64,000 nucleotides of DNA, from assembly GCA_951406725.2 (NCBI GenBank), contig OX597814.1:177134001-177198000 (forward strand). The letters are read 5' to 3'. Every line of letters begins with the position of its first letter. Position 1 is the first letter of the stretch. This DNA comes from Octopus vulgaris (lineage: Eukaryota). Below the pieces are notes generated by a model. That model saw nothing but the letters and a program-made list of their open reading frames with translations, was not told the origin of the DNA and ran no database searches. Shown here piece by piece: positions 39,458 through 51,795 of this stretch. The position numbers and the translations under genes were made by a program.

Positions 39458-39611
39458 CTTCTGTCTATAAATGTTCTAATATCTACACAGCCTTGGTTTT
39501 TTTTATCTCATTACGCAAAAAATTCTTCAGTTATCCGGCCATCGGAAAAAACACTGGCCGGATAACTGAAGAGATGGCGGCGTGGGTTTCCGACCTGACA
39601 TCCGAAACTCG

Positions 39612-39798
39612 GAGTCAGGTATCCCAGATGAACCAACTTCACGGCAGGAGGTGCAGATAGAGGGCAGCTGCATCGAACTCTCTCATGCATAAATGGCAGT
39701 TGCTAAATAATTCGTGAAGTAAAACCATGTAGCAACACCAAATGGCGTGCCCCAGCATGGCCACAGCTCGTGAGCTGAAACTAGAATCAATCAATAAT

Positions 39799-39800
<2 letters not shown>
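39612..39800 (+). mobile_element. Very short 3' fragment of the CR1/L2-group LINE seen at 1-958
   Basis: TCCCAGATGAACCAACTTCACGGCAGGAGGTGCAGAT matches 791-828; tail CAGCATGGCCACAGCTCGTGAGCTGAAACTAG, then (ATCA)/(TA)n. Confidence 0.85.
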
Positions 39801-39868
<68 letters not shown>

Positions 39869-40169
39869 ATATATATATATATAGATTTATGTATGTATGT
39901 ATATATGCAAATATACACGAGTAAGTGAACAATCATAAGAAAGTAATACTCCACGCATTCCGTTACAGTTGTACGGACTTAAAGACAGGTTGATTCAGCT
40001 CTGCATAAGCTCGGCATTACTTAAATTGTTATTATTCTGGACAGGTTTTATATGTTTTGAATGTTAATGTCTGCTTTCCATCTATTCCATATTTGAACAG
40101 TTCTTTTGTCAATATCATATTTTAGATATGTTATTGTTCAATATTTAGTGTTAATAAACAATAAGAAAG

Positions 40170-40495
40170 ATTATACTGCCGATGACGACAGCTAAGAAAC
40201 AAGAATTGTCGGAGATGTCTCACTTGGTTGATTTGCCAGAGAATAATTTTAGCTAACACATAATATTTTTCCTGATCACCGTATATATAACTCCACTGTG
40301 CTTATATCTGGCGTTGGAAATATTGGAAATTATCAAACATCGCTTTTATTAAATATATATACGGTCAGCGAACCTTTATTATTGATTTATATATCGTTCA
40401 ATAGGAAGTTGAGAGCGGTACTAATGCAATTTTAATAAAACCGAGTTTTATTAAAATTGCATTGATACGGATCCAAAATTTCTGCTCAATATCAT
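40170..40495 (+). repeat. Repeat family with long AT-rich hairpin (second copy at 46895-47210)
   Basis: Perfect 18-bp stem at 40423-40440/40446-40463; shared upstream blocks (AAATATTGG.AATT, TTTTATTA.ATA.ATA.ACG). Confidence 0.7.
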
Positions 40496-40522
40496 ATATA
40501 TGCAATGCTCACAGATCAATTC

Positions 40523-40526
<4 letters not shown>

Positions 40527-40569
<43 letters not shown>

Positions 40570-40818
40570 GTGTGTGTGCATGTGCGCGTGCGTGTATGTG
40601 TGTATACATACACTCACATGCATTATATATATATATTTATATAAATACCCATATGCATACGTATATTCATATGTATGTGTGTTTGTATGTATGTATCTAT
40701 CTATCTGCTTATCTCTGTCTCTTTCTCTCTCTCTTTTTATATATATACATATATACATATACGTGTATAGATATATATACGTATACATATATATATGTAT
40801 GTATATATATATATAAAC

Positions 40819-40859
<41 letters not shown>

Positions 40860-40952
40860 TATATATGTATATATATATTCATATATATATATATGCATGT
40901 ATACATATATACATATATATGTATTTTTACATACATACATACATACACACAC

Positions 40953-40994
<42 letters not shown>
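40527..40994. repeat. (TA)n/(TG)n compound microsatellite
   Basis: Directly visible. Confidence 0.95.
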
Positions 40995-40996
<2 letters not shown>

Positions 40997-41350
40997 GTCC
41001 ACCTTCTCCAATTATTTGTGGGAGTGTTGTGGTCGGTAGAGGATCGTGATTGGTAGACTCTGCTTGACAGGGTCGTACTAGAAGCATCCATCATTAGACT
41101 TTCCGGCTGGGTTCTCAAGCGTGACCAGCTGCGACTATGGTTATTAACCAGCCTTCTTGTTTTCAAACTAGCCCTTGGTATCCTTCCAGCTGATTGTTCG
41201 ATTTGAAGAATCTGTTTTGCGATTCGTTCCTATGGTATTCTAATCACGCGTTCGTAGTAGCCATTCGACATAGAAAAACTCCCTGATTTCCGAGATGTGC
41301 ACCCTGTGGAGAAATGTTACTCCAAAGATCCTTCGGAGGAACCTCATTTA
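40995..41350 (-). mobile_element. RTE-clade LINE 3' fragment
   Basis: Minus strand reads MRFLRRIFGVTFLHRVHISEIREFF..VIRIP*ERIAKQIL..GRIPRA..SWSRL. Confidence 0.8.
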
Positions 41351-41351
41351 C

Positions 41352-41612
41352 ATGTATGTATGTATGTATGTATGTATGTATGTATGTATGTATGTATGTA
41401 CGTATGTATGTATGTATGCATGCATGCAGGCATGCATGTATGTATGTATGTATGTATGTATGTATGTATGTATGTATGTATGTATGTATGCATGCATGCA
41501 TGCATGCATGTATGTATGTATGTATGTATGTATGTATGCATGCATGCATGCATGCATGTATGTATGCATGCATGCATGCATGTATGTATGTATGTATGTA
41601 TGTATGTATGTG
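41352..41612. repeat. (TATG)n/(CATG)n tetranucleotide array
   Basis: Directly visible. Confidence 0.95.
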
Positions 41613-42064
41613 TGATGATGTTGGCTGACCATCACCGAACAACTGACGCATGGATATGACGGATGAGTCCTGGAGCTCCCGTCAACGAATTTTGAGCGAG
41701 GAATTGCGAATGAAAAGACCTGCAGCAAATTTGTGCCTCGCTTACTCACGGAAGATCAAAAGCCGTCAGGATTGAATACATGTCGTGAACTGAAAGAATA
41801 GCTGGAAATTGATCCAGACCTTTTTTTGGAGGTCATCACTGGTGACGAAAGCTGGTGCTACAGAAATTGCAGATGTAGAAGAGATGAAGAAAAAGCCAAC
41901 GGAGTCGTTAAAAGGCATCACTTCGCAAGAGTTCATGGACTACTTCGAACAGTGGAAAACGCTCTTGGACCGATGCATTGCTTCAAATGGGGAATAATTT
42001 GAAGTGGAAACATGTAAAACTAAGTGAGTAAAATTATACTGTTTCTTTTGGGTACCTATTCGTA
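41613..42064 (+). mobile_element. Internally deleted mariner relic (different subfamily from 3571-4820)
   Basis: RILSEELRMK..FVPRLLTEDQK, VITGDESWCY joined directly to ADVEEMKKK..FEQWKTLLDRCIASNGE; ends in ..CG-TA. Confidence 0.85.
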
Positions 42065-42076
42065 TATATATTCATA

Positions 42077-42625
42077 CGAGCAAAACGTTCAATGGACGGT
42101 GCTGAATCATTTCTACTGAATAAAAAGCAATCAGTGTTTTCTTTTCATTAAAAAAATAATTAAGTATGCCTTTATTTCAATAAATTCTTTAGTTTTGTTA
42201 AACGAAGTTAAGGCCAAACAAAAAAAAAATCTTCTTGAGAAACCAAATAGTCTTTCCTTCCTCCATGCCAAGTTTGAAGAAAATATCTCTTTTGCATTTT
42301 ACTTTTTTGATCTCTCAAATATACTGCATTTTGTGGCATTATTTCAAGCCAGCCGGTTTTTTTGCGCAAACTGCACGTGCATTTTACTCGCATACGCGAA
42401 GTATCGATCGCAACAGCTGATATATCTGCGAGTACAAATGCCCGTTCCCACGGCTTTATCGATCGCATTCTCACATGGAATCGATTTTTTGTATTTTTGC
42501 AAGACTTATGCACGCCCTGATACCGTCGGTATCTACATATCAAATTTGAGCGCAATCGGATGGAGGATGCCCGAGATACTAGAAGACACACACACACAGA
42601 GACAGAACGGATTTTATATAATAGA
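42077..42625 (-). mobile_element. Non-autonomous Helitron
   Basis: Minus strand A|TCTATTATATAAAATCCGTTCTGTCTCTGTGTG..CCGATTGCGCTCAAATTTG; degenerate 3' hairpin CCGTCCATTGAACG plus CTCG|T. Confidence 0.65.
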
Positions 42626-42937
42626 TATGTTAGTTTATATGAACACACACATATATGTTTTCCTATATACATAGGTACATAAACAAACACACACACACAC
42701 ACACACAGACAGACCGACACACGCACAAACACACACATGCACACACACACACACACACACACACAAAGTGATGGGTATAAGACATCGAAACCCACTGTAA
42801 TTAAGACCTTACTTGTTAAAGTCCCACGAGTTATCACATTGCAGTAAATCAACCTCTCTCTTTGTCACTCTCATATATATGTATACATGTATATATGTAT
42901 ATATGTATTTATGTATATATGTATATATGTATATATG

Positions 42938-42999
<62 letters not shown>

Positions 43000-43335
43000 T
43001 GTATGTATGTATATTTGATTTTGATTTTCTCATTCTAATTTGTATTTAAACCAACAATAGTTTATGACGAGCAAAGCCGGTAGTATTCCCGCTAATGCGA
43101 GATAAAATTGCTTTGAATTAATTTAATTTAAATTAATTTATACTTATTAATTATGTATCTTAATTACGTAATCATAGATTTAATGATGCATAAATGTAAT
43201 GACACAGCTGTTAAAAATAATTAAATTCAAATTATGATCTCCCTCTGAAATTTATAAAAGACTTTCATGCTTCATGTTGTATATATGTATGTGTATGTAT
43301 ATACTGTTTATATATGCACACACATACATATATAC

Positions 43336-43374
<39 letters not shown>

Positions 43375-43559
43375 TATGTATATATGAATACATACACACA
43401 CGCACACACGCAGTAATAATTTTGTATTCAGGTAGGCATCTTGTAGCATCTGTTTAAAGCCCGTCCACAGTATCTGGTTACCTGATGTCAACAACAGTAT
43501 GGAAGTATATGCCACTGGATTTACTCGAGGAATTTCTTTTTGTCCGTACGAGACTATTC

Positions 43560-43666
43560 AAAACCACTACAATCGTTTCGGCTCATCCTGTAACCGTACC
43601 TTACAAGTGAGATGCTATACAATCTTCACGCGTTATATGAGAAGATGCATCTCCTCAGATGATTTT
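43560..43666 (-). ncRNA. Type-I hammerhead ribozyme with large stem-II insert (degenerate stem II)
   Basis: Minus strand AAAATCAT CTGAGGA g..[about 75 nt]..c GAAAC GATT GTA GTGGTTTT: intact core, G10.1-C11.1 pair, 8-bp stem I with two GU pairs. Confidence 0.65.
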
Positions 43667-44970
43667 TCAAATATATATCTAGTTCTTCACGAACTGTTTC
43701 GCTTATTCTTATAACATCCTTAGTTAGTGTAGCATTCCACCTGTCTCCATAACGAACTGAAATAGAATTTATCTATTAGTCTATCTCAGTTCATTTTGAA
43801 GATAGATGGAATGTTACACTTATATTTTGATCTTTTACCATCATGTTTTTCTTTAAACCTTTAAATCTTTAAAGTTTTCATAACTTTTCTATCTCCACAC
43901 ACATCTCATCTGCACAAGATGATATACAAGCACACACATCCGTGTACACATCTGCTAGATTCTACAGACACACAGCATATACACGCATGCGCACTAATAC
44001 GCACTCATATAATCCGTCCCTAGATTCTAAAATTAAATTACTTGTACCAACTTTACGGGTAAAATTAAGTCTACTATTTTGACTGATAATACATTATCTT
44101 CCACCCCACTTATCTCACCTCACCCTATTTATTTCAAATACCACTCGTATATCTTCATCCTTTAACTCTGTTTAAATGGCTTGATAGAATTCTACACTGT
44201 GTTTACTTATCTATTCTACAACAGACCCGCGAATGACCCCAGCCTAAATTCATAAATATATCTCCAGCCAATTTCAATACCAAACCTTCTCTCCCCATTT
44301 TACTCATATTCTTCTCCGTAACAAACATACCAATTCCCATATTCATGTTTGTTATTTTAATAATTACTGGTATCCTTATATATTACTATATTTTATATCT
44401 TACATCTTATATGTAATGCTTAATATTTATATGTATGTATATTATTGTAATTATCAGTTTAGTAAATAAATAAATAAGTTAACATAATATAATGTCTAAA
44501 AGTTGATGAACCATCTATTGATCCCCTCCATTTTCTTATTGCTATATATATATATGTATATATATATATATTCTTTTCTTTTTACTTCACAAATATGGTT
44601 TCCCCTCGAACTGTACTTTCTACGCATTTTGATGCAATCCTCAACGAGTTAACACGCGATCTCCTAGCGAAAATGTAAACGACATATGATCAAGATATCC
44701 TTGGCCTAAAGAGTTGCTTGTGGTCTACCCCTCGTTTGGATAATTTACTACTTCCGAGGTTCCGCTAGCCATACATGACGGGCTTCCACACAACTTCCGT
44801 CAGTGAGGCATTAGTCGGTCCGAGGTTATAGTAGATGGAACTGAACCCGAAACCACGGAGTCGCAAAGCGAGCTAAGGAAAGATAAAAAATATCTATCCA
44901 CCAAATTCGGTGCTGAACACTCGTATTTACTGTTCGATATTATCGTGTATATATATATATTTCGATGCAA

Positions 44971-45005
<35 letters not shown>

Positions 45006-45657
45006 CAATGCAATATTTATTATAAACGTTACGCAAACATACACGCACTCAGACCACTCAACCACTCTCCAGATAATGGGAAAATAGTAAAATAATAAAA
45101 TTATTCTCAGGAAGAAAAGACGGAGACTCCTATACAACAGAAAATAATTTACAAATGATTTATTGAGTCCATAATTCCAAACTGAAATGATTTTCGCAGT
45201 TTATGTTATTTTATACTTCACAAATTTGTTATAATCTTTCACGCTTTTCGACTATGCTGTGTTTATTTTGTCATCTTTTTCCTATTTGAACTGTTGTTAA
45301 TTTGTCTTTTGTTAATACTGTATTTTCGATTCTTTAGTAGCGATATTTTGTAAAGAAGTAGAGGTAATGATGCTTAGGTTTGCAAACGCGTTATTTTATA
45401 CTCGAGCTATAATGTAGTGTGACTTTTGACAAAAGCAATTAGGAACAGCGGTGCTATTGTTATTGAATGGTATGTTAATAGAAACCAAGGCAATATTGTT
45501 ACAGAAATGTGTTTTCAGGCAATAAAAGAAATAGTAACTGTGTAGATGATTCAGTGTTTTTTTTCCTCTGCCTTGCTTTCTCTCCCTCTTAACACACACT
45601 TATAGACACTTCTGTACGTATATATATATATATATATATATATAGGAAGGGGAATTT

Positions 45658-45723
<66 letters not shown>

Positions 45724-46039
45724 AATCAATCAATCTATCTATATAGATATACATTTCCCCTCCTTATATATATATATATATATATAATTTTATATTATAT
45801 ATACATATATATATATATATATAACACTAGCACTGACCACTTCCAAGCACCCACACCATCATCCACACAGCCACACATTACAGATTTACACTCTCTCACA
45901 TACACACGCATGTGCACCTTCGTTTAGGGATCATCAATACTTTATTATCTCCCCTTCTTCCTCGCTCCCCTGTCTAACCACCTCTGTCCAGTCAGCCAAC
46001 CAGCCGCCATGATTGACCGCTAGTCACTAAAACTTTTTT

Positions 46040-46185
46040 TATTATTTTCTCTTTGTTTATTTTCTCGTGTTCCTTTCTTTTGAAGAATGTAGGTTCGAAA
46101 CGTAAAATACTTTCTCACCTTCCCGAGCATTAAACCAATACACCTGCCTTCGTATTTTGTTTTTTTTGTTGTAAATTCCAACTAT
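46040..46185 (+). mobile_element. Repeat family E copy
   Basis: TGAAGAATGTAGGTTCGAAACGTAAAATAC..CACCTGCCTTCGT matches 2516-2642. Confidence 0.65.
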
Positions 46186-46894
46186 AGATCAGCTGGAACT
46201 TATTTTCTCGATTCCGAAAGGATGAAAGGCAAAGTCGACCTCGGTGGAATTGAAGGATCACTTAATACTTGTTAGCGGCTTACATATCTTTCACTTTTTA
46301 TTAAGAAACTGTTGAGAGTAACTTCAAAGTTTGGGGTTACTAGTTATCAAACTGGTTTTAACTTCAGATGTTACCGCAGCAGGTTTACATAAAATTATTA
46401 AGGAACACATAATGGGTTAGAAAACATTATTTCCTGAGAGAGAAAAGAGGGACACATCTCCGGAGGGTTTCTGTATTCTTGAAGATATTTAACCAATCAT
46501 CGTTTTTGATCTTTTTATGATAATCTCTTAAGCTAAAAATTTTAGTAACGATCAACCCCACCATTATATATGTAGTCACAGACTCATGATTTCTGGAGAC
46601 AGGATTTTGGAAAGCAGCAGGAGGACACCTAGGAGTCAAGATCTGGGTGGGCCCGGCTCTGGTACAGTGTCAGGTATAAGTGCCGAAACACTTGTCGGAT
46701 GGTAGTTCTTCCTTTGAAGATCTTTCCTTTCGGCGAGATTCTGTTACATGTATGTATATATGTTTGTAGTCAGCCACCCATGTTTTATAATTAAATCACC
46801 AGTAATTTTAATTATCTGATGTTGTTCCTCAAATATTTCTGTATATAAACTATACGAATTTTTTGCATAATGAGATAAAAAAACCGATGACGCT

Positions 46895-47210
46895 TATATT
46901 TCTGCTGACAACGGCTAAGGCCCAGAAATATTCTGAGTTATCTCTTGGCTGTCCAACTTAACAAATATTCTACAGCTAACCCCCAACGCTTTTTTCTCTA
47001 TTCGACCCGAAAGTATTTATTTCTGATTTTGAAAATATTGGCAATTGTAAAAACAAAACTACGTTTTTATTATATAAATAGACGCTAAACATCCTCTTAA
47101 AATTATATATGCTTGAAAAGAAGCTTTAGAACCATAACAATGCAATTTTAATAAAACAGAATTTTATTAAAATCGCATTGTCACGCCTCCCAAATTTCTT
47201 AGTAACGTTT
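46895..47210 (+). repeat. Second copy of the hairpin-bearing repeat
   Basis: 20-bp stem at 47137-47156/47162-47181 with one mismatch. Confidence 0.7.
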
Positions 47211-47514
47211 TAACAAGATGTTTTAAAAAATATACTGTACAGAATATTTTAACTTATGTATGTATGTATGTATGTATGTATGTATGTATGTATGTATGTA
47301 TATCTTTGTGTGCGTAACGTAATAGCTTAGAAAAAAAAACCCATTGTTTTCATATCTAGCGTGAACTAGATATCTCTTCAGTTTCTCTAAACGATAACCG
47401 TTCTCTGCAAAAAATGTTTTTTTAAACACAAGAACGCCGATGATAGTTCAGGAAATATTCATCTTAAAAAATTATGGCCGGGCGAGTTGTCTTCCTTCGC
47501 TTGATAGCTAGGTT

Positions 47515-48070
47515 TTTCAATTTTGAAGTAAAAATTTCTGAAAATGTGGACAACTCCATACGGCTTCCGTCCTGGCGTTTGGGTGGCCTCCTGGCTCATG
47601 TGAGTTTATGAGAATAATATACGATAGGGTCCACAAATTTCCAGTAATTTCCACCTGATGTTAAAGGGCGTATGATCGTCCTTTAGGCGTCATACGTATG
47701 CTGCGAGTGTCGTTGTGTTGCGTCTCCCTGGGATCTTGAAAGAAGATCTGTTGTTGTTCAGGCGAATTTTAAATTTGGATTCACAAAATCCAACAAATTT
47801 TAGTGTGTCTCTGTGTTGGCATTGATGTTACTGATATTCGTGCAGCTCCTGTTGAGGCTACCTTTGCATAGTACACTGTAGCCTCGGTGTTACATTATCC
47901 GTCCACTGCGTATTAATTTCTAATCCTGCATGAACCTCCTGCCTCTGTCTGTGGTTTAGGGGTACTAAGTAATTTTTTCTTAACAATGGGTGCACAGCTG
48001 AAAGAGATTCTTAAATTATGTTTGTTAAAGATCTTTCTATATTGTGTAATCGCGTGAAATGCTTATCATC
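47515..48070 (-). mobile_element. Penelope-like element relic, GIY-YIG region (Naiad-type)
   Basis: Minus strand reads FNKHNLRISFSC..SCRIRN..DG*CNTEATVYYAKV..FVGFCESKFKIRLNNNRSSF..TTLAAYV..WKLL..SCPH. Confidence 0.8.
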
Positions 48071-48304
48071 AACCTATATTTTCTATATGCCTATAAACAT
48101 TCATATAAATTAATAATATTCAGGAATGAAAATTAAAATATACACTAGTGATGATATAATAATGAAAACAATGACAAAGAAATATATTCGAATAAAAACT
48201 ATAGTTAAAAGTGGACGTAAACAAATGCGAATGAATGACAAAATGCAAAAAGATATATAAACGAAATCAACGGAGAAAAAATTTATAAACGATAAAATAT
48301 AATA

Positions 48305-48538
48305 TATTTCTTTACTACCCACAAGGGGCTAAACACAGGGGGGACAAACAAGGACAGACATACGGATTAAGTCGATTATATCGACCCCAGTGCGTAACTG
48401 GTACTTAATTTATCGACCCCAAAAGGATGAAAGGCAAAGTCGACCTCGGCGGAATTTGAACTCAGAACGTAACGGCAGACGAAATACGGTTACGCATTTC
48501 GCCCGGTGTGCAAACGTTTCTGCCAGCTCGCCGCCTTT
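48305..48538 (-). mobile_element. SINE family B monomer with TSD
   Basis: Flanking direct repeat TAAAATATAATA (about 48293-48304 and 48542-48553). Confidence 0.92.
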
Positions 48539-48817
48539 TGGTAAAATATAATAATTTACAAAGTAAAAATTAGAGCGTAATAACGTAAGAATAACGTAAA
48601 AAATATCGTAAAACAGATGTAAAAATATCGTAAAAAATATGGATGTACAAACTACCGTTGACTACCATGGTCATACTACGTGCTAAGTTCAGCTTAACGT
48701 CGCAAGGCTCGGCGAAAATATCTACACTGCCACCTACTTGCTGCTTCTTTTAAACTATTGCTTAATTAGCATGTTAACTTAATAGTAACAATGGTCCAGG
48801 AAATAAAAAAAGATGCA

Positions 48818-49190
48818 TCTTTTACTCTTTTACTCTTTTACTTGTTTCAGTCATTTGTCTGAGGCCATGTTGGAGCACCGCCTTTAGTCGAGCAAATCGA
48901 CTTATTCTTTGTAAGCCTTGTACTTATACTATCGGTCTCTTTCTGCCGACCCGCTAAGTTACAGGGATCTGAACGCACCAATATTGATTGCCAAGCGATG
49001 GTGGCGGACAAACGCGCACCCCCCCCCCCACACGCACACATACATACACACACATACATATGACGAGCTTCTTTTAGTTTTCGTCTAACAAATCCACTCA
49101 CAAGGCTTAAGTTGGCCCGAGGCTTGATTAAAAGACGCCCAAAGTGCCATGCAAAGGGACTGAATCCGGAGCAGCATTGAAAGCAAGCCA
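48818..49190 (-). mobile_element. SINE family A, diverged
   Basis: Reverse complement of the family A tail (TCTTTTACTTGTTTCAGTCATTTG..GGAGCACCGCC) and body. Confidence 0.85.
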
Positions 49191-49324
49191 TTACATTTGG
49201 ATCAAGAGAGAAGATTAATGGTGCACAAAGCCTAGCATTGAGGATGCTAGGGACATTTAGCTCAGAGTCGAAACATTTGACTCAACAGAGATTGTGCTGT
49301 TGTTGCGAGAGTTTTGTTGCTTAC

Positions 49325-49471
49325 ATCTGTGAGTGATCCTGGGCTGCTCTGGGTTGTCAGCGGAAGGGGCTGAAACCCCGACAGTGCTGCTTCATCGCTT
49401 GATGAAACATCGACACCAGGATTCGGGAACGGAGTACCGCAGCATCCCCAGTATACATAAATGTTTCCCAT
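49325..49471 (-). CDS. Candidate first coding exon (49 codons) of an unidentified gene
   Basis: Unique, markedly GC-richer island. ATG opens MGNIYVYWGCCGTPFPNPGVDVSSSDEAALSGFQPLPLTTQSSPGSLTD and ends at a phase-0 donor GAT|gtaagc. No homology recognised. Confidence 0.4.
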
Positions 49472-49590
49472 AAATGATATTTCTTATTCGTTCATGAACG
49501 TTAATGCCACGACAGTGTTCTATATCGTTAACATATGAAACTTGGTGTTCTCAAACTATATATATATTTTAACATTTGTACGTATAGATA

Positions 49591-49850
49591 GTGCTGGCGC
49601 GTGGCTTAGTGGTTAGGGTGTCAGCACCATGATAGTAAGATTGTGGATTCAATTCCTGCACCGGGCGACGCGTTGTGTTCTTGAGCAAAACACTTCATTT
49701 CACGTTGCTCCAGCCCACTCAGCTGGCAAAAATGAGTAACACTGCGATGGACTGGTATCCCATCTAGCTGGCGAATACATACGCCATAGATACCGGGAAA
49801 CCGGGCCCATGAACTTGGCTAGGCTTTAAAAGGGCACATTTATTTATTTT
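49591..49850 (+). mobile_element. tRNA-derived SINE (family C-related core, different tail) with TSD
   Basis: Head GGCGCGTGGCTTAGTGGTTAGGG..GGATTCAATTCC; core TGTGTTCTTGAGCAAAACACTT..CACTCAGCTG; TSD TTTGTACGTATAGATA at 49575-49590 and 49851-49866. Confidence 0.9.
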
Positions 49851-50014
49851 TTTGTACGTATAGATAATGTTGTTTCTGGCATAATTAGTTTGATATTTCA
49901 GTCATACATTTTATATATATATATGTGTGTGCGAGTGTGTGTGTGTGTGATCGCGTGTGTGTGTATATATATACGTGTGTTTGTATACTTATATACATAT
50001 ATATATATATATAG

Positions 50015-50055
<41 letters not shown>

Positions 50056-51393
50056 ACCGTACACAGATATAAGCATATTTTACGTGTGCGCGCGCGTATG
50101 TGAATAAAGGCAGATAGCCAACTAAAGTGTATGTACTGCATATTCTGCCATTTGCTTTGAATCATTTGTATGTTGAAGACGTTTTCTTATCACGTAGCTG
50201 TAACCATGAACAACTGAGTTGTACATAACACTGTATTAAAAGTAGCGATAGTAATGCGAAATTGGCGAATGTTTCCTTGTCTTTCATTACTCAGTTCAAC
50301 TCTAGTCTTTGTGGTTATGATCAAAAGATATGGTGGTGCCAACATTTTCATATATATTTGGACGTATGTAAATCTATGATATTTACCATGATTCAAAGCC
50401 CTCACAATACCAGAGATTTCAGTGTTTCTTGTGGCTGTTTTTGTTTCAGGTCAGCTCTGATGTAGCAGTAGCTTATGGCTAAAGTTGTTCCACCTGTGAC
50501 CATCCAGTTTTATACATCAGGGATTAAATTATCCAATATCATTTTAATTTCAAGGTCTAATGTGCACTCTATATTTTTTAAGTCTCTAGTGTGTGACACA
50601 AAGAAGATTTGGCTGTTGTTTCTAACAGACCAAACAACTATGTGGTTGCTTCTACTCTGGCCCGTTTCAGTGTTTCAAACATATATCCCTAGAGAATGAG
50701 AACTGCGATAGAGTAGAAGTTATCTCTTAATGAAACCTCGTCTCAGTTTTAAGGCAACGAATTAAAAGAATCGTTTGGTAGTAAGACAAAATACCTCCCA
50801 ATATTTGTTCTTCCTCTTTGCGCCCAAAGTTCAAACCCAGCCGAAGTCAGTTTTATCTTTCAGCCTTTTTGGGGTCGATAAAATCTAGGGTGCTGGATCG
50901 GAGGATTGTTAGAGGGTCGGTTGAGATATACTTTGTGATGTTTATACCGGCAATTTGCGTTCTGGGGTTTTGAATGAAACAATCTGCCTTCTTGTTTAAC
51001 ATCAGGAACTGGTCCCGGAATGCTTTTAATGGCGTCCATTTAATTTAAGCAGTTGAACCAAGTCTCTTCTTTGAGTATGATAATATTTTCCTTCCTCCTA
51101 CAGAACTCGGAGGCTTTAAAAAAAAATGAAATATATAAGGCCACGGGCACCACACTTCTCTCCTTGATTACTTGATCAAATACAACAATAAACTGAAAAT
51201 AAAACCCTTTTAGCTATTTCTCCAACATCATTTATTATTTTGAGAACATAATTTCTCTTAAGCAAATTTCTCTTATTAGTTTGATCTATGCCTTACACCC
51301 TAGCAGAACTGAAAATGAGAGCACTAGTAATGTAGTATACGTTTGGTTTAATCTACATTTCTCCCTACAAAACCAGGGATATTTTTCTCATAT

Positions 51394-51795
51394 GTAGGAG
51401 TAGCTGTGTGGTAAGTAAGCTTGCTTACCAGCCACATGGTTTCGGGTTCAGTCCCACTACGTGGCACCTTGGGCAAGTGTCTTCTACTATAGCCTCGGGC
51501 CGACCAAAGCCTTGTGAGTGGATTTGGTAGACGGAAACTAAAATAAGCCCATCGCATATATGTATGTGTGTGTATATGTTTGTGTGTCTGTGTTTGTACC
51601 TCAACATCGCTTGACAACCGATGCTGGTGTGTTTACGTCCCCGTAACTTAGCGGTTCGGCAAAATAGACCGATAGAATAAGTACTAGGCTTACAAAGAAT
51701 AAGTCCTGGGGTCGATTTGCTCGACTAAAGGCGGTGCTCCAGCATGGCCACAGTCAAATGACTGAAACAAGTAAAAGAGTAAAAGAGTAAAAGAA
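51394..51795 (+). mobile_element. SINE family A, full length
   Basis: Colinear with the other copies; tail (GTAAAAGA)n. Confidence 0.92.
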
